Shown in pieces: positions 49,958 to 64,000 of a DNA stretch of 64,000 bases. How positions within the stretch are numbered: position 1 is the stretch's first letter; every line of letters starts with the position of its first letter. Below the pieces are notes generated by a model. The model saw only the letters and a program-made list of their open reading frames with translations, was not told where the DNA came from and did no database searches. Origin of the DNA: an uncultured delta proteobacterium (lineage in GTDB: Bacteria; Myxococcota; Myxococcia; Myxococcales; Anaeromyxobacteraceae); NCBI GenBank assembly GCA_963828255.1, contig CAWHDZ010000011.1, positions 1 to 64,000 of the forward strand. The letters run 5' to 3'. Both the position numbers and the translations under genes were made by a program.

Positions 49958-50185
49958 ATGGCGCGTGCTTACATCGGCAACACCCCCTGCGAGGTCACGA
50001 TCGACAAGGACCTCGGGGACAGCTGGGCAGTCACCGTGGTCCCCCCGGCGGCGCTTCCCATCCCCGGCGCCAGGGCGCTCTCTCCGCTCGTGGTGAAGCT
50101 CCAGGGCGACGACCGGGAGAAGTGCCTGGCCGGCGGCCTCGAGATCCTCCAGAAGGCCGGGAAGATCGACCGCTTCGACGTCTAG
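49958..50185 (+). CDS. Small hypothetical protein (75 aa)
   Basis: MARAYIGNTPCEVTIDKDLG..AGKIDRFDV with strong GC3 bias; fills the gap between flanking genes. Confidence 0.7.
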   Translation: MARAYIGNTPCEVTIDKDLGDSWAVTVVPPAALPIPGARALSPLVVKLQGDDREKCLAGGLEILQKAGKIDRFDV

Positions 50186-50937
50186 GGGGAAAGCCCCTCC
50201 GAGCGGACCAGCGCATCCGGCGCGACGGCGGCCAATATGGCCCCAGACGCCTCCTGCACCGCGGCGGCGTCCCTTCCCTCCACGGTGACGCGGACCCGGT
50301 GGTCGGCGCCGTCGAAGCGCGGGTAGCTGCCGATCTCGACGCACGGGTGCGCCTCCGCCACGGCGGAGAGCGGAGCCGCCAGCAGGTCCTCCCCCCAGGA
50401 GAAGTACAGGCTCACCAGGTGGTAGGGCGCTCCGCCCAATAGGTGGGCCACGCGGTCGAACTGGTGGCGCAGGAAGGACGGCACCCCCGGCAGCATCACC
50501 ACCCGGGAGACCACCAGCGTGGGGAACTCCTGGTCGCCGAGCAGCTCGGTTCCCTCGGGCAGGTCGGCCATGCGCAGGGCGGCGGCGGGGAGCACCGCGC
50601 CGGAGTGGTGCCGCGCGTGCATCTCCCGCAGGACCCGCTCCATGCCCGGGTGGCGCACCAGCGGAACCGAAAGGGCCCGGGCCACCGCGGGCAACGTCAC
50701 GTCGTCGTGGGTGGGGCCCACTCCACCGCAGGTGAAGGTCCAGCCGACCCTGCGCCGGTCCAGCAGGAGGGCCTCGACGATGGCGTCGATCCGATCGGGC
50801 ACCACGTGGATGGCGGCGAGCTCGACGCCGAGCTCGTGGAGCCTGCGCGCCAGGAACGGACCGTTCTCGTCCCGCACCTTGGCGGACAGCACCTCGCTGC
50901 CGACGATCACCACCGCCGCCGCGGCGCCGGCGCTCAC
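50182..50937 (-). CDS. Molybdopterin-binding domain / CinA-N family protein
   Basis: IVGSEVLSAKVRDEN, GGVGPTHDDVT, LPGVP, IGSYP. Confidence 0.88.
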   Translation of the reverse strand: MSAGAAAAVVIVGSEVLSAKVRDENGPFLARRLHELGVELAAIHVVPDRIDAIVEALLLDRRRVGWTFTCGGVGPTHDDVTLPAVARALSVPLVRHPGMERVLREMHARHHSGAVLPAAALRMADLPEGTELLGDQEFPTLVVSRVVMLPGVPSFLRHQFDRVAHLLGGAPYHLVSLYFSWGEDLLAAPLSAVAEAHPCVEIGSYPRFDGADHRVRVTVEGRDAAAVQEASGAILAAVAPDALVRSEGLSP

Positions 50938-51569
50938 GTCGGCACGTTTCCCACCGCGCCCGCCACCTCCTCGGCGACCCGGTCCACCGGCTTCTCCCCG
51001 GAAAGGACGGCGATCCGCTCGCCGGACTCGACCAGGCGGGTGAGCGCCCTCCCGTAGGCGCGGTGCACGCGCCGCTGGAACTCCGGGACCTCGAAGATCT
51101 CGCGCTCGGCCGTGGCGGCGTAGCGGCGCCGCAGGGCCACGGCCGGCCGGACCCGCAGGAAGACGGTCAGGTCGGGGGCGGGAGCCTTTCCGTTGATGGC
51201 GGCAACCCAGGCGGCGTCGCCGGTGGCCACCGCCTGGTAGGCCAGGCTGGAGAGGACGTAGCGGTCCGAGACCACGTCCACCCCGTCCTCCAGGCGCGGA
51301 CGGATCTCGCTCTCCCAGTGGTCGAGCCGGTCGGCCGCGAAGAGGAGCGCCAGCGCCCCCGGGTCGAAGCCGCCGCCGCCGGCTCCGCGGAGACGCCCGG
51401 AGAGCACGTGACGGATCGAGGCTCCCACCGGCCCGCGGGAGGGCTCGGCGGTGAGGTGGACCCGGCGTCCCCGGGAGGAGAGCCAGGCCTGGAGGCGGGC
51501 GGCCTGCGTCGTGGTCCCGGCCCCGTCGAGCCCCTCGAGCACCAGGAACCGTCCGCGCCGCCGGCTCAC
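50934..51569 (-). CDS. tmk: Thymidylate kinase
   Basis: FLVLEGLDGAGTTTQ, LLFAADR, SDRYVLSSLAYQ. Confidence 0.93.
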   Translation of the reverse strand: MSRRRGRFLVLEGLDGAGTTTQAARLQAWLSSRGRRVHLTAEPSRGPVGASIRHVLSGRLRGAGGGGFDPGALALLFAADRLDHWESEIRPRLEDGVDVVSDRYVLSSLAYQAVATGDAAWVAAINGKAPAPDLTVFLRVRPAVALRRRYAATAEREIFEVPEFQRRVHRAYGRALTRLVESGERIAVLSGEKPVDRVAEEVAGAVGNVPT

Positions 51570-51946
51570 GCGTCGATCCCCAGGCGGGCGCGGATCGCGC
51601 GAAGCCGCGCGAAATCGGCGTCCTCCACCTGCATGGCGCGGCGGGCCCGCAGGAATGCGGCCACCGCGAAGACGGCCAGGAAGAGGGCCAGGCCGAGCGC
51701 GGCCAGGAAGAGGAGCGGATAACGCCCGGGAGGACGGACCGGCCGCAGTCCCCATCCCCAACGGTCCCAGGCGAACTTGACGGTGAGTCCCGCCGCCATC
51801 ACCAGGCCGAAGGACGCATAGGCACCCTTGCGGACGTCGTCGATGGAATGGCGGGTGGCCACCCTGCCGGCCAGGACGTCGTGCTCGGCCCGGAGGGCGG
51901 CTTCCTCGGTGGAGGACGGGACCTCCCGGGTGTCGCCCGGCGCCAC
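51566..51946 (-). CDS. Hypothetical two-TM membrane protein
   Basis: Two hydrophobic helices; operonic between thrC and tmk. Confidence 0.7.
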   Translation of the reverse strand: MAPGDTREVPSSTEEAALRAEHDVLAGRVATRHSIDDVRKGAYASFGLVMAAGLTVKFAWDRWGWGLRPVRPPGRYPLLFLAALGLALFLAVFAVAAFLRARRAMQVEDADFARLRAIRARLGIDA

Positions 51947-51949
51947 CGC

Positions 51950-53314
51950 TCAGCTCTCCCCGAAGCGGGCCGCGACGGCTTCCTGCACCGCCGCGAGCGT
52001 GGCCGCGAGTTTCACCGGAGGATTGCGCAGCGCGGGGCGCAGGCCGGGGATGGTCCCCTCGTGGTACCCGACCTTGAAGTCGGAGAACTTGAGGCCGTGG
52101 GCCGTGGAGATGACCACCACCCGTTCCTGGGGCTTCACCACTCCGCGCGCCGCCAGCTTCTCGAGCGCCGCGAGCGCCACCCCGGTGTGCGGGCAGGCGA
52201 AGGCGCCCGAGAGGTCGGCCCGCGCCGCCGCGTCGGCCAGTTCCTGCTCGCTGGCCTGCTCGACCAGCCCGTCGAGCGCCTGGATGGCGCGCAACGCGCG
52301 CTTCGCCGAGACCGGGGCGCCGATCTGGATGGCGCTGGCCAGGGTGGTCCGGGCCTGGATGGCCTCGACCCGGACGTCCGGATCGGCCCGCCCCGCCCGC
52401 TCGACCGCCCGGTACAGCGGGTTGGCGTTCTCGGCCTGGGCGACGACGAGGCGCGGGAGGCGGTCGAGGAGCCCGAGCTCCTTCATGAGGAGGAAGCCCT
52501 TGCCGAGGGCGCCGGCGTTCCCCAGGTTGCCCCCGGGGATGATCACCCAGTCGGGCGCGGACCAGCCGAGCTGCTGGGCCACCTCGACCGCGACCGTCTT
52601 CTGCCCCTCGATGCGCAGCGAGTTCATCGAGTTCGCCAGGTAGATGTCCGGCGTGAGGGAGAGTTCCTGGACCACCCGCATGCAGCCGTCGAAGTCGGTG
52701 TCGAGCTCGAGGACCAGCGCACCGTTCGAGACGGGCTGGATGAGCTGGGCGGTGGAGATCTTGCCGCGCGGGAGGAGCACGACCGAGGGGATGCCGGAGG
52801 CGGCGCAGTAGGCCGCCAGGGCGGCGCTGGTGTCCCCGGTGGAGGCGCAGGCCACGGCGCGGATGGGCACGCCGCGGGCGCGCATCTCCTTCACCGCGGA
52901 GACGAGCACCGTCATGCCCAGGTCCTTGAACGACCCGGTGTGGGTGACGCCGCACTCCTTCAGCCAGACGTCGCGGAGCCCGATCTCCCGGGCATAGCGG
53001 TCGAGGCGCAAGAGCGGCGTGCCCCCCTCGTACATCGAGACCACGTTCTCGACGGCGAGCTGCGGGTAGACCCACTCCTTCTTTCCCCACACCCCCGAAC
53101 CAAGCGGCCAGGCGCCCCCGCGAAAACGCCCCTCGAAGAGCGCCTTCCAGTCGGCCGCGGGGACCGCGCGGAGGGCGTCGAGGTCGTGCTCCACCTCGAG
53201 GAGCCCCTGGCAGCGCGGGCAGCGGTAGACGACCTCGGTGAGGGGGGCGCGAAAGGCGCAGCCCTCGGCGCAGCGGAACCACGCGGAGAAGTCGGGTTTG
53301 GTGGATGGGGTCAT
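51950..53314 (-). CDS. thrC: Threonine synthase
   Basis: HTGSFKDLG, CASTGDTSA, NSMNSLRIEGQKT, PGGNLGN, STAHGLKF. Confidence 0.95.
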   Translation of the reverse strand: MTPSTKPDFSAWFRCAEGCAFRAPLTEVVYRCPRCQGLLEVEHDLDALRAVPAADWKALFEGRFRGGAWPLGSGVWGKKEWVYPQLAVENVVSMYEGGTPLLRLDRYAREIGLRDVWLKECGVTHTGSFKDLGMTVLVSAVKEMRARGVPIRAVACASTGDTSAALAAYCAASGIPSVVLLPRGKISTAQLIQPVSNGALVLELDTDFDGCMRVVQELSLTPDIYLANSMNSLRIEGQKTVAVEVAQQLGWSAPDWVIIPGGNLGNAGALGKGFLLMKELGLLDRLPRLVVAQAENANPLYRAVERAGRADPDVRVEAIQARTTLASAIQIGAPVSAKRALRAIQALDGLVEQASEQELADAAARADLSGAFACPHTGVALAALEKLAARGVVKPQERVVVISTAHGLKFSDFKVGYHEGTIPGLRPALRNPPVKLAATLAAVQEAVAARFGES

Positions 53315-53373
53315 GGCGGCGGGCGGATCAATCTGCCGAAGGTCGTCGGGGATGGCAAGGGTGGCGCGGCGGG

Positions 53374-53847
53374 TCAGCGGGAGACCCGGGCGCCGCAGCC
53401 CGGACAGGACGGTCCCGTCACCGGGGTGGAGCAATCGCTGCAGAGCCTGACCTCGAGGGGAGGAGCCGCCCCACCGCCTGGAGCGGTCGGCAACCGCATC
53501 CCGCAGTGGCCGCAGAAGGCCTCCCCGGGGGGGGCCGGGTTCTGGCAGTAGCGGCAGGTCGCCACCGGCTCCGGTCCGGGCATCGGGTCGTCCGGGATCC
53601 CCTCGGCGTCGGTGGGCATGAAGTCTTCCATCGCCTCCACCACCACCTGGACGGGGTCCTGGGTGGTCGCCTCGAGCTCGGGAAATCGTTCCGCTTCGGC
53701 CGATGCCGGCGGGAGCATCGTCGCCTCAAGCCCCTCGAGCGGCTCGACCGGGACCGGCGTCCGTTCCCCCACCGGAAATGGATGGCCGCAGAGATCGCAG
53801 GCTTCCCCGGCGGGCTGGACGTTCTCGCACAGCGCGCAGGCGGGCAT
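53374..53847 (-). CDS. Multi zinc-ribbon hypothetical protein
   Basis: Six CxxC motifs (CALC, CDLC, CRYC, CGHC, CSDC, CPGC) with an acidic linker. Confidence 0.75.
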   Translation of the reverse strand: MPACALCENVQPAGEACDLCGHPFPVGERTPVPVEPLEGLEATMLPPASAEAERFPELEATTQDPVQVVVEAMEDFMPTDAEGIPDDPMPGPEPVATCRYCQNPAPPGEAFCGHCGMRLPTAPGGGAAPPLEVRLCSDCSTPVTGPSCPGCGARVSR

Positions 53848-53884
53848 GCCGGGATGATACCAGCGCCGGAGGGCGGTGGGGCAG

Positions 53885-56395
<2,511 letters not shown>

Positions 56396-56412
56396 CCCCC
56401 TCCCGTGCCTGC

Positions 56413-56919
56413 CTACTCCGGTTCGGAGGAGACCTGCTCCTCGACGAACTCGACGCTTCCGATCTCGTACTCCCGCTCCCCGCCGGGAGCGCGGACCCGG
56501 ACCACGTCCCCCTCGACCCTGCCGATGAGGGCGCGGGCGATGGGGCTGGTGACGCTGATCCTGCCCTGCTTCAGATCGGCCTCCAGCTCACCGACGATCC
56601 GGTACTGGACCTCGTCACCCGACTGGCTGTCGGTGAGGTGGACGGTGGCTCCGAAGACCACCCGGTCGCCGGAGAGCTTCGAGACGTCGATCACGTCGGC
56701 GGTGGCGATCCAGTGCTCCACCTGGGTGATGCGCCCCTCCACGTGCGACTGCTTCTCCTTGGCGGCGTGGTACTCGGCGTTCTCGGAGAGGTCGCCGTGG
56801 GCGCGGGCCTCGGCGATCTCCCGCACGATGCGCTGGCGCTCCACTCCCTTGAGCCGCTTCAGCTCCTGCTTCAGCTTGACGAGGCCGGAAGGGGTCATCG
56901 GCATGCGATCGCTGGGCAT
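56413..56919 (-). CDS. greA: Transcription elongation factor GreA
   Basis: ARAHGDLSENAEYHAAKE, ISVTSPIARALIG. Confidence 0.97.
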   Translation of the reverse strand: MPSDRMPMTPSGLVKLKQELKRLKGVERQRIVREIAEARAHGDLSENAEYHAAKEKQSHVEGRITQVEHWIATADVIDVSKLSGDRVVFGATVHLTDSQSGDEVQYRIVGELEADLKQGRISVTSPIARALIGRVEGDVVRVRAPGGEREYEIGSVEFVEEQVSSEPE

Positions 56920-56926
56920 CCTCGTG

Positions 56927-60172
<3,246 letters not shown>

Positions 60173-60218
60173 CGGGGGCGGACCCTAACATGGGGGCGGC
60201 CCCCGGCGGGAGACCGCG

Positions 60219-61418
60219 CTACTCCAGGCTCTTCACCATCTCGGCGATGCGGTCCACGCCCTTGTCGATCTGGTCGAGCCCGATGGCGAAGGAGAGGCGC
60301 AGGTAGCCGGGCGCTCCGAAGGCCGAACCGGGGACCACGGCCACCTTGTGGTGGTCGAGCAGATGGGCGACGAACTTCTCGTCGGTCCCGATGGGCTCGG
60401 CCTGTCCGGGGATCTTCTTGCCGAGGAGGTTGCCGACGTAGGGGAAGGCGTAGAAGGCGCCTCCCGGGTCGAAGCAGGTGACGCCGGGGATGGCGTTGAG
60501 GCGCTTCACGATGTGCTGGCGCCGCTCGTCGAAGACCTTCCGCATGGCCTCCACCTCGGCGTCGAGGGGGAGCGTGAGCGCGCCGAGCGCCGCCTTCTGG
60601 GCGATGGAGTTGGGGTTGGACGTGGAGTTGTCCTGGAGCTTCTGCATTGCGCTGATGAGCGCCTGCGGCCCGGCCGTCCAGCCGATGCGCCAGCCGGTCA
60701 TGGCGTAGGTCTTGGAGACGCCGTTCACCAGCACCACCTGGGGGTGGAGGGTGGGGTCGACGGTGAGGACGTTCTCGAACCGCCCCTTGTAGACGAGACG
60801 GTCGTAGATGTCGTCGGTGACGACGAGGATGTCCTTGCCCTTCACCTCGTCGATGACGTTGCGCAGCGTGGCGCGCCCGAACACCGCCCCGGTGGGGTTG
60901 GAGGGGCTGTTCACGATGACCGCGCGGGTCTTCGGGCCGATGGCCTTCTTGATGGCCTCGTGGCTGGGCTCGAAGCCATCCTCGTGCCGGGTCGGGACGA
61001 TGACGGGGACGCCGTCGGCCAGCCGGACCATGTCGGCGTAGCTCACCCAGTACGGCGCGAAGATGACCACCTCGTCGCCGGGGTTGAGGAGCGCCTGGAA
61101 GAGGTTGTACAGGGCGTGCTTGCCTCCGCAGGAGACCAGCACCTCGGTGGCCTTGTAGGCGATGCCGTGCTCCTGGGCGATGCGCTTGGCGATGGCCTCG
61201 CGCAGCTCCGGGATGCCGTTCGTCGGGGTGTACTTGGTGAACCCGGCGTCGATGGCGGCGATGGCCGCCTGCTTGATGGCCTTGGGCGTGTCGAAGTCGG
61301 GCTCGCCGGCTCCGAAGCCGACCACGTCGATGCCCTTGGCCTTCAGCTCCTTCGCCTTGGCCGTGATGGCCAGGGTGGGGGACGGTTTCACAGCGTCGAG
61401 CCGCTTGGCGAGTCTCAT
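60219..61418 (-). CDS. aspC: PLP-dependent aminotransferase class I (aspartate aminotransferase)
   Basis: GEPDFDTP, NSPSNPTG, DDIY, SKTYAMTGWRIG. Confidence 0.92.
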   Translation of the reverse strand: MRLAKRLDAVKPSPTLAITAKAKELKAKGIDVVGFGAGEPDFDTPKAIKQAAIAAIDAGFTKYTPTNGIPELREAIAKRIAQEHGIAYKATEVLVSCGGKHALYNLFQALLNPGDEVVIFAPYWVSYADMVRLADGVPVIVPTRHEDGFEPSHEAIKKAIGPKTRAVIVNSPSNPTGAVFGRATLRNVIDEVKGKDILVVTDDIYDRLVYKGRFENVLTVDPTLHPQVVLVNGVSKTYAMTGWRIGWTAGPQALISAMQKLQDNSTSNPNSIAQKAALGALTLPLDAEVEAMRKVFDERRQHIVKRLNAIPGVTCFDPGGAFYAFPYVGNLLGKKIPGQAEPIGTDEKFVAHLLDHHKVAVVPGSAFGAPGYLRLSFAIGLDQIDKGVDRIAEMVKSLE

Positions 61419-61478
61419 CCTCGTGTTCTCCTGGGGCGAAGGGGGAGCGCGAATGGGGCGGAGCAGGATACCAACTCT

Positions 61479-61964
61479 CTACCGGGGCGGGAACTTCTTG
61501 CGCAGCCCCTCGGACACGATGGCCGGGACGAGGCCGGAGACGTCGCCCCCGTAGCTCGCCACCTCCCGGACCAGGCTGCCGGTCACGTAGAAGTAGTCCT
61601 GGCCGGTCATGACGAAGACCGACTCGAAATCGGGGTCGAGCTTGGAGTTCATGTTGGCCAGCTGGAACTCGTACTCGAAGTCGGAGACGGCCCGGAGCCC
61701 GCGCAGGACCGTGTGGATCTTGCGCTTCTTGGCGTAGTCCACGAGCAGGGTCTCGAAGTGGTCCACCTCGACCCGGGGGTCGGCGCCGACGGATGCGCGG
61801 ATGAACTGCTTGCGCTCCTCGAGTGTGAAGAGCGCCTTCTTCGAGGCGTTGTTGGCCACCGCCACCACCAGGCCGTCGAAGATCTTGAGCCCGCGCTGGA
61901 TGAGCGACAGGTGGCCGTTGGTGAGGGGATCGAAGGAGCCGGGGTAGATGGCGAGCCGGGGCAT
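61479..61964 (-). CDS. coaD: Phosphopantetheine adenylyltransferase
   Basis: [26 protein letters not shown]. Confidence 0.96.
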   Translation of the reverse strand: MPRLAIYPGSFDPLTNGHLSLIQRGLKIFDGLVVAVANNASKKALFTLEERKQFIRASVGADPRVEVDHFETLLVDYAKKRKIHTVLRGLRAVSDFEYEFQLANMNSKLDPDFESVFVMTGQDYFYVTGSLVREVASYGGDVSGLVPAIVSEGLRKKFPPR

Positions 61965-61980
61965 CGCGGCGGAGTATCCC

Positions 61981-62517
61981 CTACTCCCTGCGATAGATCG
62001 AGATTCCCGTGTCGCCGTAGGCGCGCCGGTCCTCGAGGACGAGCCCGCCCACCCGGTCGGGTGGCGGGGAGCGCCGGTCGTGCTCGGCCACCACCCCCGC
62101 CCCGGGACGCAGCACCCGGTCGAGGGAGGCCAGCGCCGCGCCGGGCCCCTCGGAGTACGGGGGATCGACGAAGGCCAGGTCGAAGCCGGCGGACGGCAGC
62201 GCCGGGAGGGCGTCGGCGACCCTTCGCCGGAGCACCGTGACCCGGGTCGAGAAGCCGCAGGTCGCCGCGTTCCGGGCGATGACCTCGGCCGCGCCCGGGG
62301 AGGAATCGATGCAGGTCGCATCGGCGCATCCCCGGGAGAGGGCCTCGAGGGCCAGGGCCCCGGTCCCGGCGTAGAGGTCGAGCACCCTTCCCCCGTCGAA
62401 GAACTGCCCGAGCACGTTGAAGACGGCGCCGCGGACCTTGTCGCTGGTGGGCCGGGTGGCGTCCCCGGCGGGAATCGCCAGGCGTCGCCCGCGCGCCGTC
62501 CCGGCCACGATCCGCAC
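61981..62517 (-). CDS. rsmD: 16S rRNA (guanine966-N2)-methyltransferase
   Basis: [33 protein letters not shown]. Confidence 0.95.
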   Translation of the reverse strand: MRIVAGTARGRRLAIPAGDATRPTSDKVRGAVFNVLGQFFDGGRVLDLYAGTGALALEALSRGCADATCIDSSPGAAEVIARNAATCGFSTRVTVLRRRVADALPALPSAGFDLAFVDPPYSEGPGAALASLDRVLRPGAGVVAEHDRRSPPPDRVGGLVLEDRRAYGDTGISIYRRE

Positions 62518-62521
62518 CGCA

Positions 62522-63514
62522 CTAGCTCCCCGCCGCGTGGGGCGCGCAGCGGTGCTCCGGGGCGTGGCCGTGGGCGTCCACGTCGTCGTAGAGGTGGGCG
62601 TAGCCGGCCGACTCGATCTGGATGGTGGTGTGGTCGATGGCGAACCGCTCCCGCAGCCGGCCCTTCACGTCGTCGAGGATGGCGTCGTTCCGCCCCAGGT
62701 CCCCCTCCGCCACCACCACGTGGGCCGAGAGGGCGTGGTGGCCGCTCGAGATGGTCCAGACGTGCAGGTCGTGGACCGCGAGGACGCCCGCGACCTCGCC
62801 CATGGCGCCGCACACCTCGTCGATGGCGAGGTGACGCGGCACGGCCTCCATGAGGATGTCGGCGATCTCGAGCGAGAGGCGCAGCGCGCCCCAGAGGATG
62901 AGGAGCGAGATGCAGAGCGAGAGCACCGGGTCGATGAAGGTCCAGGAGGGCTCGAGCCACATGGCCGCGGCGCCGGCCAGGACCACCACCGAGGAGACCG
63001 CGTCCCCCAGCACGTGCAGGAAGGCCGAGCGGGCGTTCAGGCTGTGGTCGGAGTGGAGCCAGCGCAGGACCACCAGGTTGGCCAGGAGCCCGACCGCGGC
63101 AACGGCGGCCATGACGCCGAGTTGGATCCGATCGCCGGGGTGGCGCAGCCGGTCCACGGCCTCCCAGACGATCCAGGCGGTCAGGACCACCAGCGCCGCC
63201 ACGTTGGCCTGGGCGGCCAGCACCTCGGCGCGCCGGAAGCCGAAGGTGCGCTTCTCGTCGGCGGGGCGGGAGGCGAAGCGGACCGCGAGCAGGGCCAGCC
63301 CCAGCGCCGCCACGTCGGTGAGCATGTGACCTGCGTCGGAGACGAGCGCCAGCGACCCGGAGAGGAGCCCTCCCACCGCCTCGGCGACCATGATGCCGGC
63401 GGTGACGACGAGCGAGAGCAGGAGCCGCCGCGCGCTCCGGGCCGTGGACGCACCGTGGGCTCCGGCTGCGTGGTCGTGGTCGTGATCGGAAGAATGGTCG
63501 TGGGCGTGCGCCAT
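62522..63514 (-). CDS. Cation diffusion facilitator Zn/Co/Cd exporter (CzcD/ZitB-like)
   Basis: His-rich N-terminus, [34 protein letters not shown]. Confidence 0.94.
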   Translation of the reverse strand: MAHAHDHSSDHDHDHAAGAHGASTARSARRLLLSLVVTAGIMVAEAVGGLLSGSLALVSDAGHMLTDVAALGLALLAVRFASRPADEKRTFGFRRAEVLAAQANVAALVVLTAWIVWEAVDRLRHPGDRIQLGVMAAVAAVGLLANLVVLRWLHSDHSLNARSAFLHVLGDAVSSVVVLAGAAAMWLEPSWTFIDPVLSLCISLLILWGALRLSLEIADILMEAVPRHLAIDEVCGAMGEVAGVLAVHDLHVWTISSGHHALSAHVVVAEGDLGRNDAILDDVKGRLRERFAIDHTTIQIESAGYAHLYDDVDAHGHAPEHRCAPHAAGS

Positions 63515-63571
63515 GGTGCTTGGCGCAGTCTAATCCAGTCGTCTAGCATCGGCACCGCCACCGAGCACGCA

Positions 63572-64000
63572 TTGACCCGAGCCGCCCGAATCCTCGCCTT
63601 CGTCCTCGCCCTCGCCCCGGGGCTGGCCTCCGGCCAGTACGACCCGTCGTTGCGCTGGAGCACGCTCGAGACGCCCCACTTCCGCGTCCACCACTCCGAG
63701 GGGGCGGAGGCGCTGGCCCAGCGCACGGCCGGAGCGCTGGAGCGGGCGCGCGAGCTGCTGGCGCCGTACTTCCCGGCGCTTCCCACCGGCCGGACCGAGG
63801 TGGTGCTTGCCGACGACACCGACGAGGCCAACGGCCTCGCCACGATCTTCCCCTACGACGCCATTCGACTGGTGGCGACGCCGCCGGACTCGCTCTCCGA
63901 CCTGAACGACTTCGCCGACTGGCTCCTCTCCCTGGCCGCCCATGAATACGTGCACATCGTCCAGATGAACGTCCGCGGCGGCGTCCCGGCCGCGGTGGAC
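63572..64000 (+). CDS. Exported protein with zincin-like HExxH domain, 3' truncated by the window edge
   Basis: TTG start and signal peptide, then YDPSLRWSTLETPHFRVH..DDTDEANGLA..LAAHEYVHIVQ. The frame stays open to the window end. Confidence 0.75.
   Translation, partial: MTRAARILAFVLALAPGLASGQYDPSLRWSTLETPHFRVHHSEGAEALAQRTAGALERARELLAPYFPALPTGRTEVVLADDTDEANGLATIFPYDAIRLVATPPDSLSDLNDFADWLLSLAAHEYVHIVQMNVRGGVPAAVD

Overview
High-GC bacterial chromosome segment of a myxobacterium, most like Anaeromyxobacter. This is based on a LonD/BsgA-type Lon, a Myxococcus-type LexA box, a triheme cytochrome c7 and the xerD-S2P-trpS-scpA-scpB-rluB gene order. It is mostly core genome: an acyl-CoA oxidation cluster, mrp, corA, rtcA, glnD, an amidase, mutS, mutL, recG, lexA, lon, thrC, tmk, carB, greA, coaD and rsmD. 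No tRNA, rRNA, CRISPR array, IS or prophage was seen. The most notable observations are: (1) a chromosome dimer-resolution dif site at 2916-2943 that lies inside the N-terminal coding region of a lipoprotein gene, placing the window at the replication terminus; (2) an intergenic unit at 45737-46019 with tandem palindromic enhancers, an IHF-like site and a sigma-54 promoter, leading into a structured non-coding RNA with a C-rich loop, close to a kinase/TPR/FHA-GAF-sigma54 activator operon; (3) an ECF sigma/anti-sigma operon with a SigW-type promoter and an unusual tandem-STN/beta-helix/membrane protein; (4) a coiled-coil protein with a C-terminal RelE-like domain paired with a metallophosphoesterase. 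All calls come from reading the sequence; no database searches were run.
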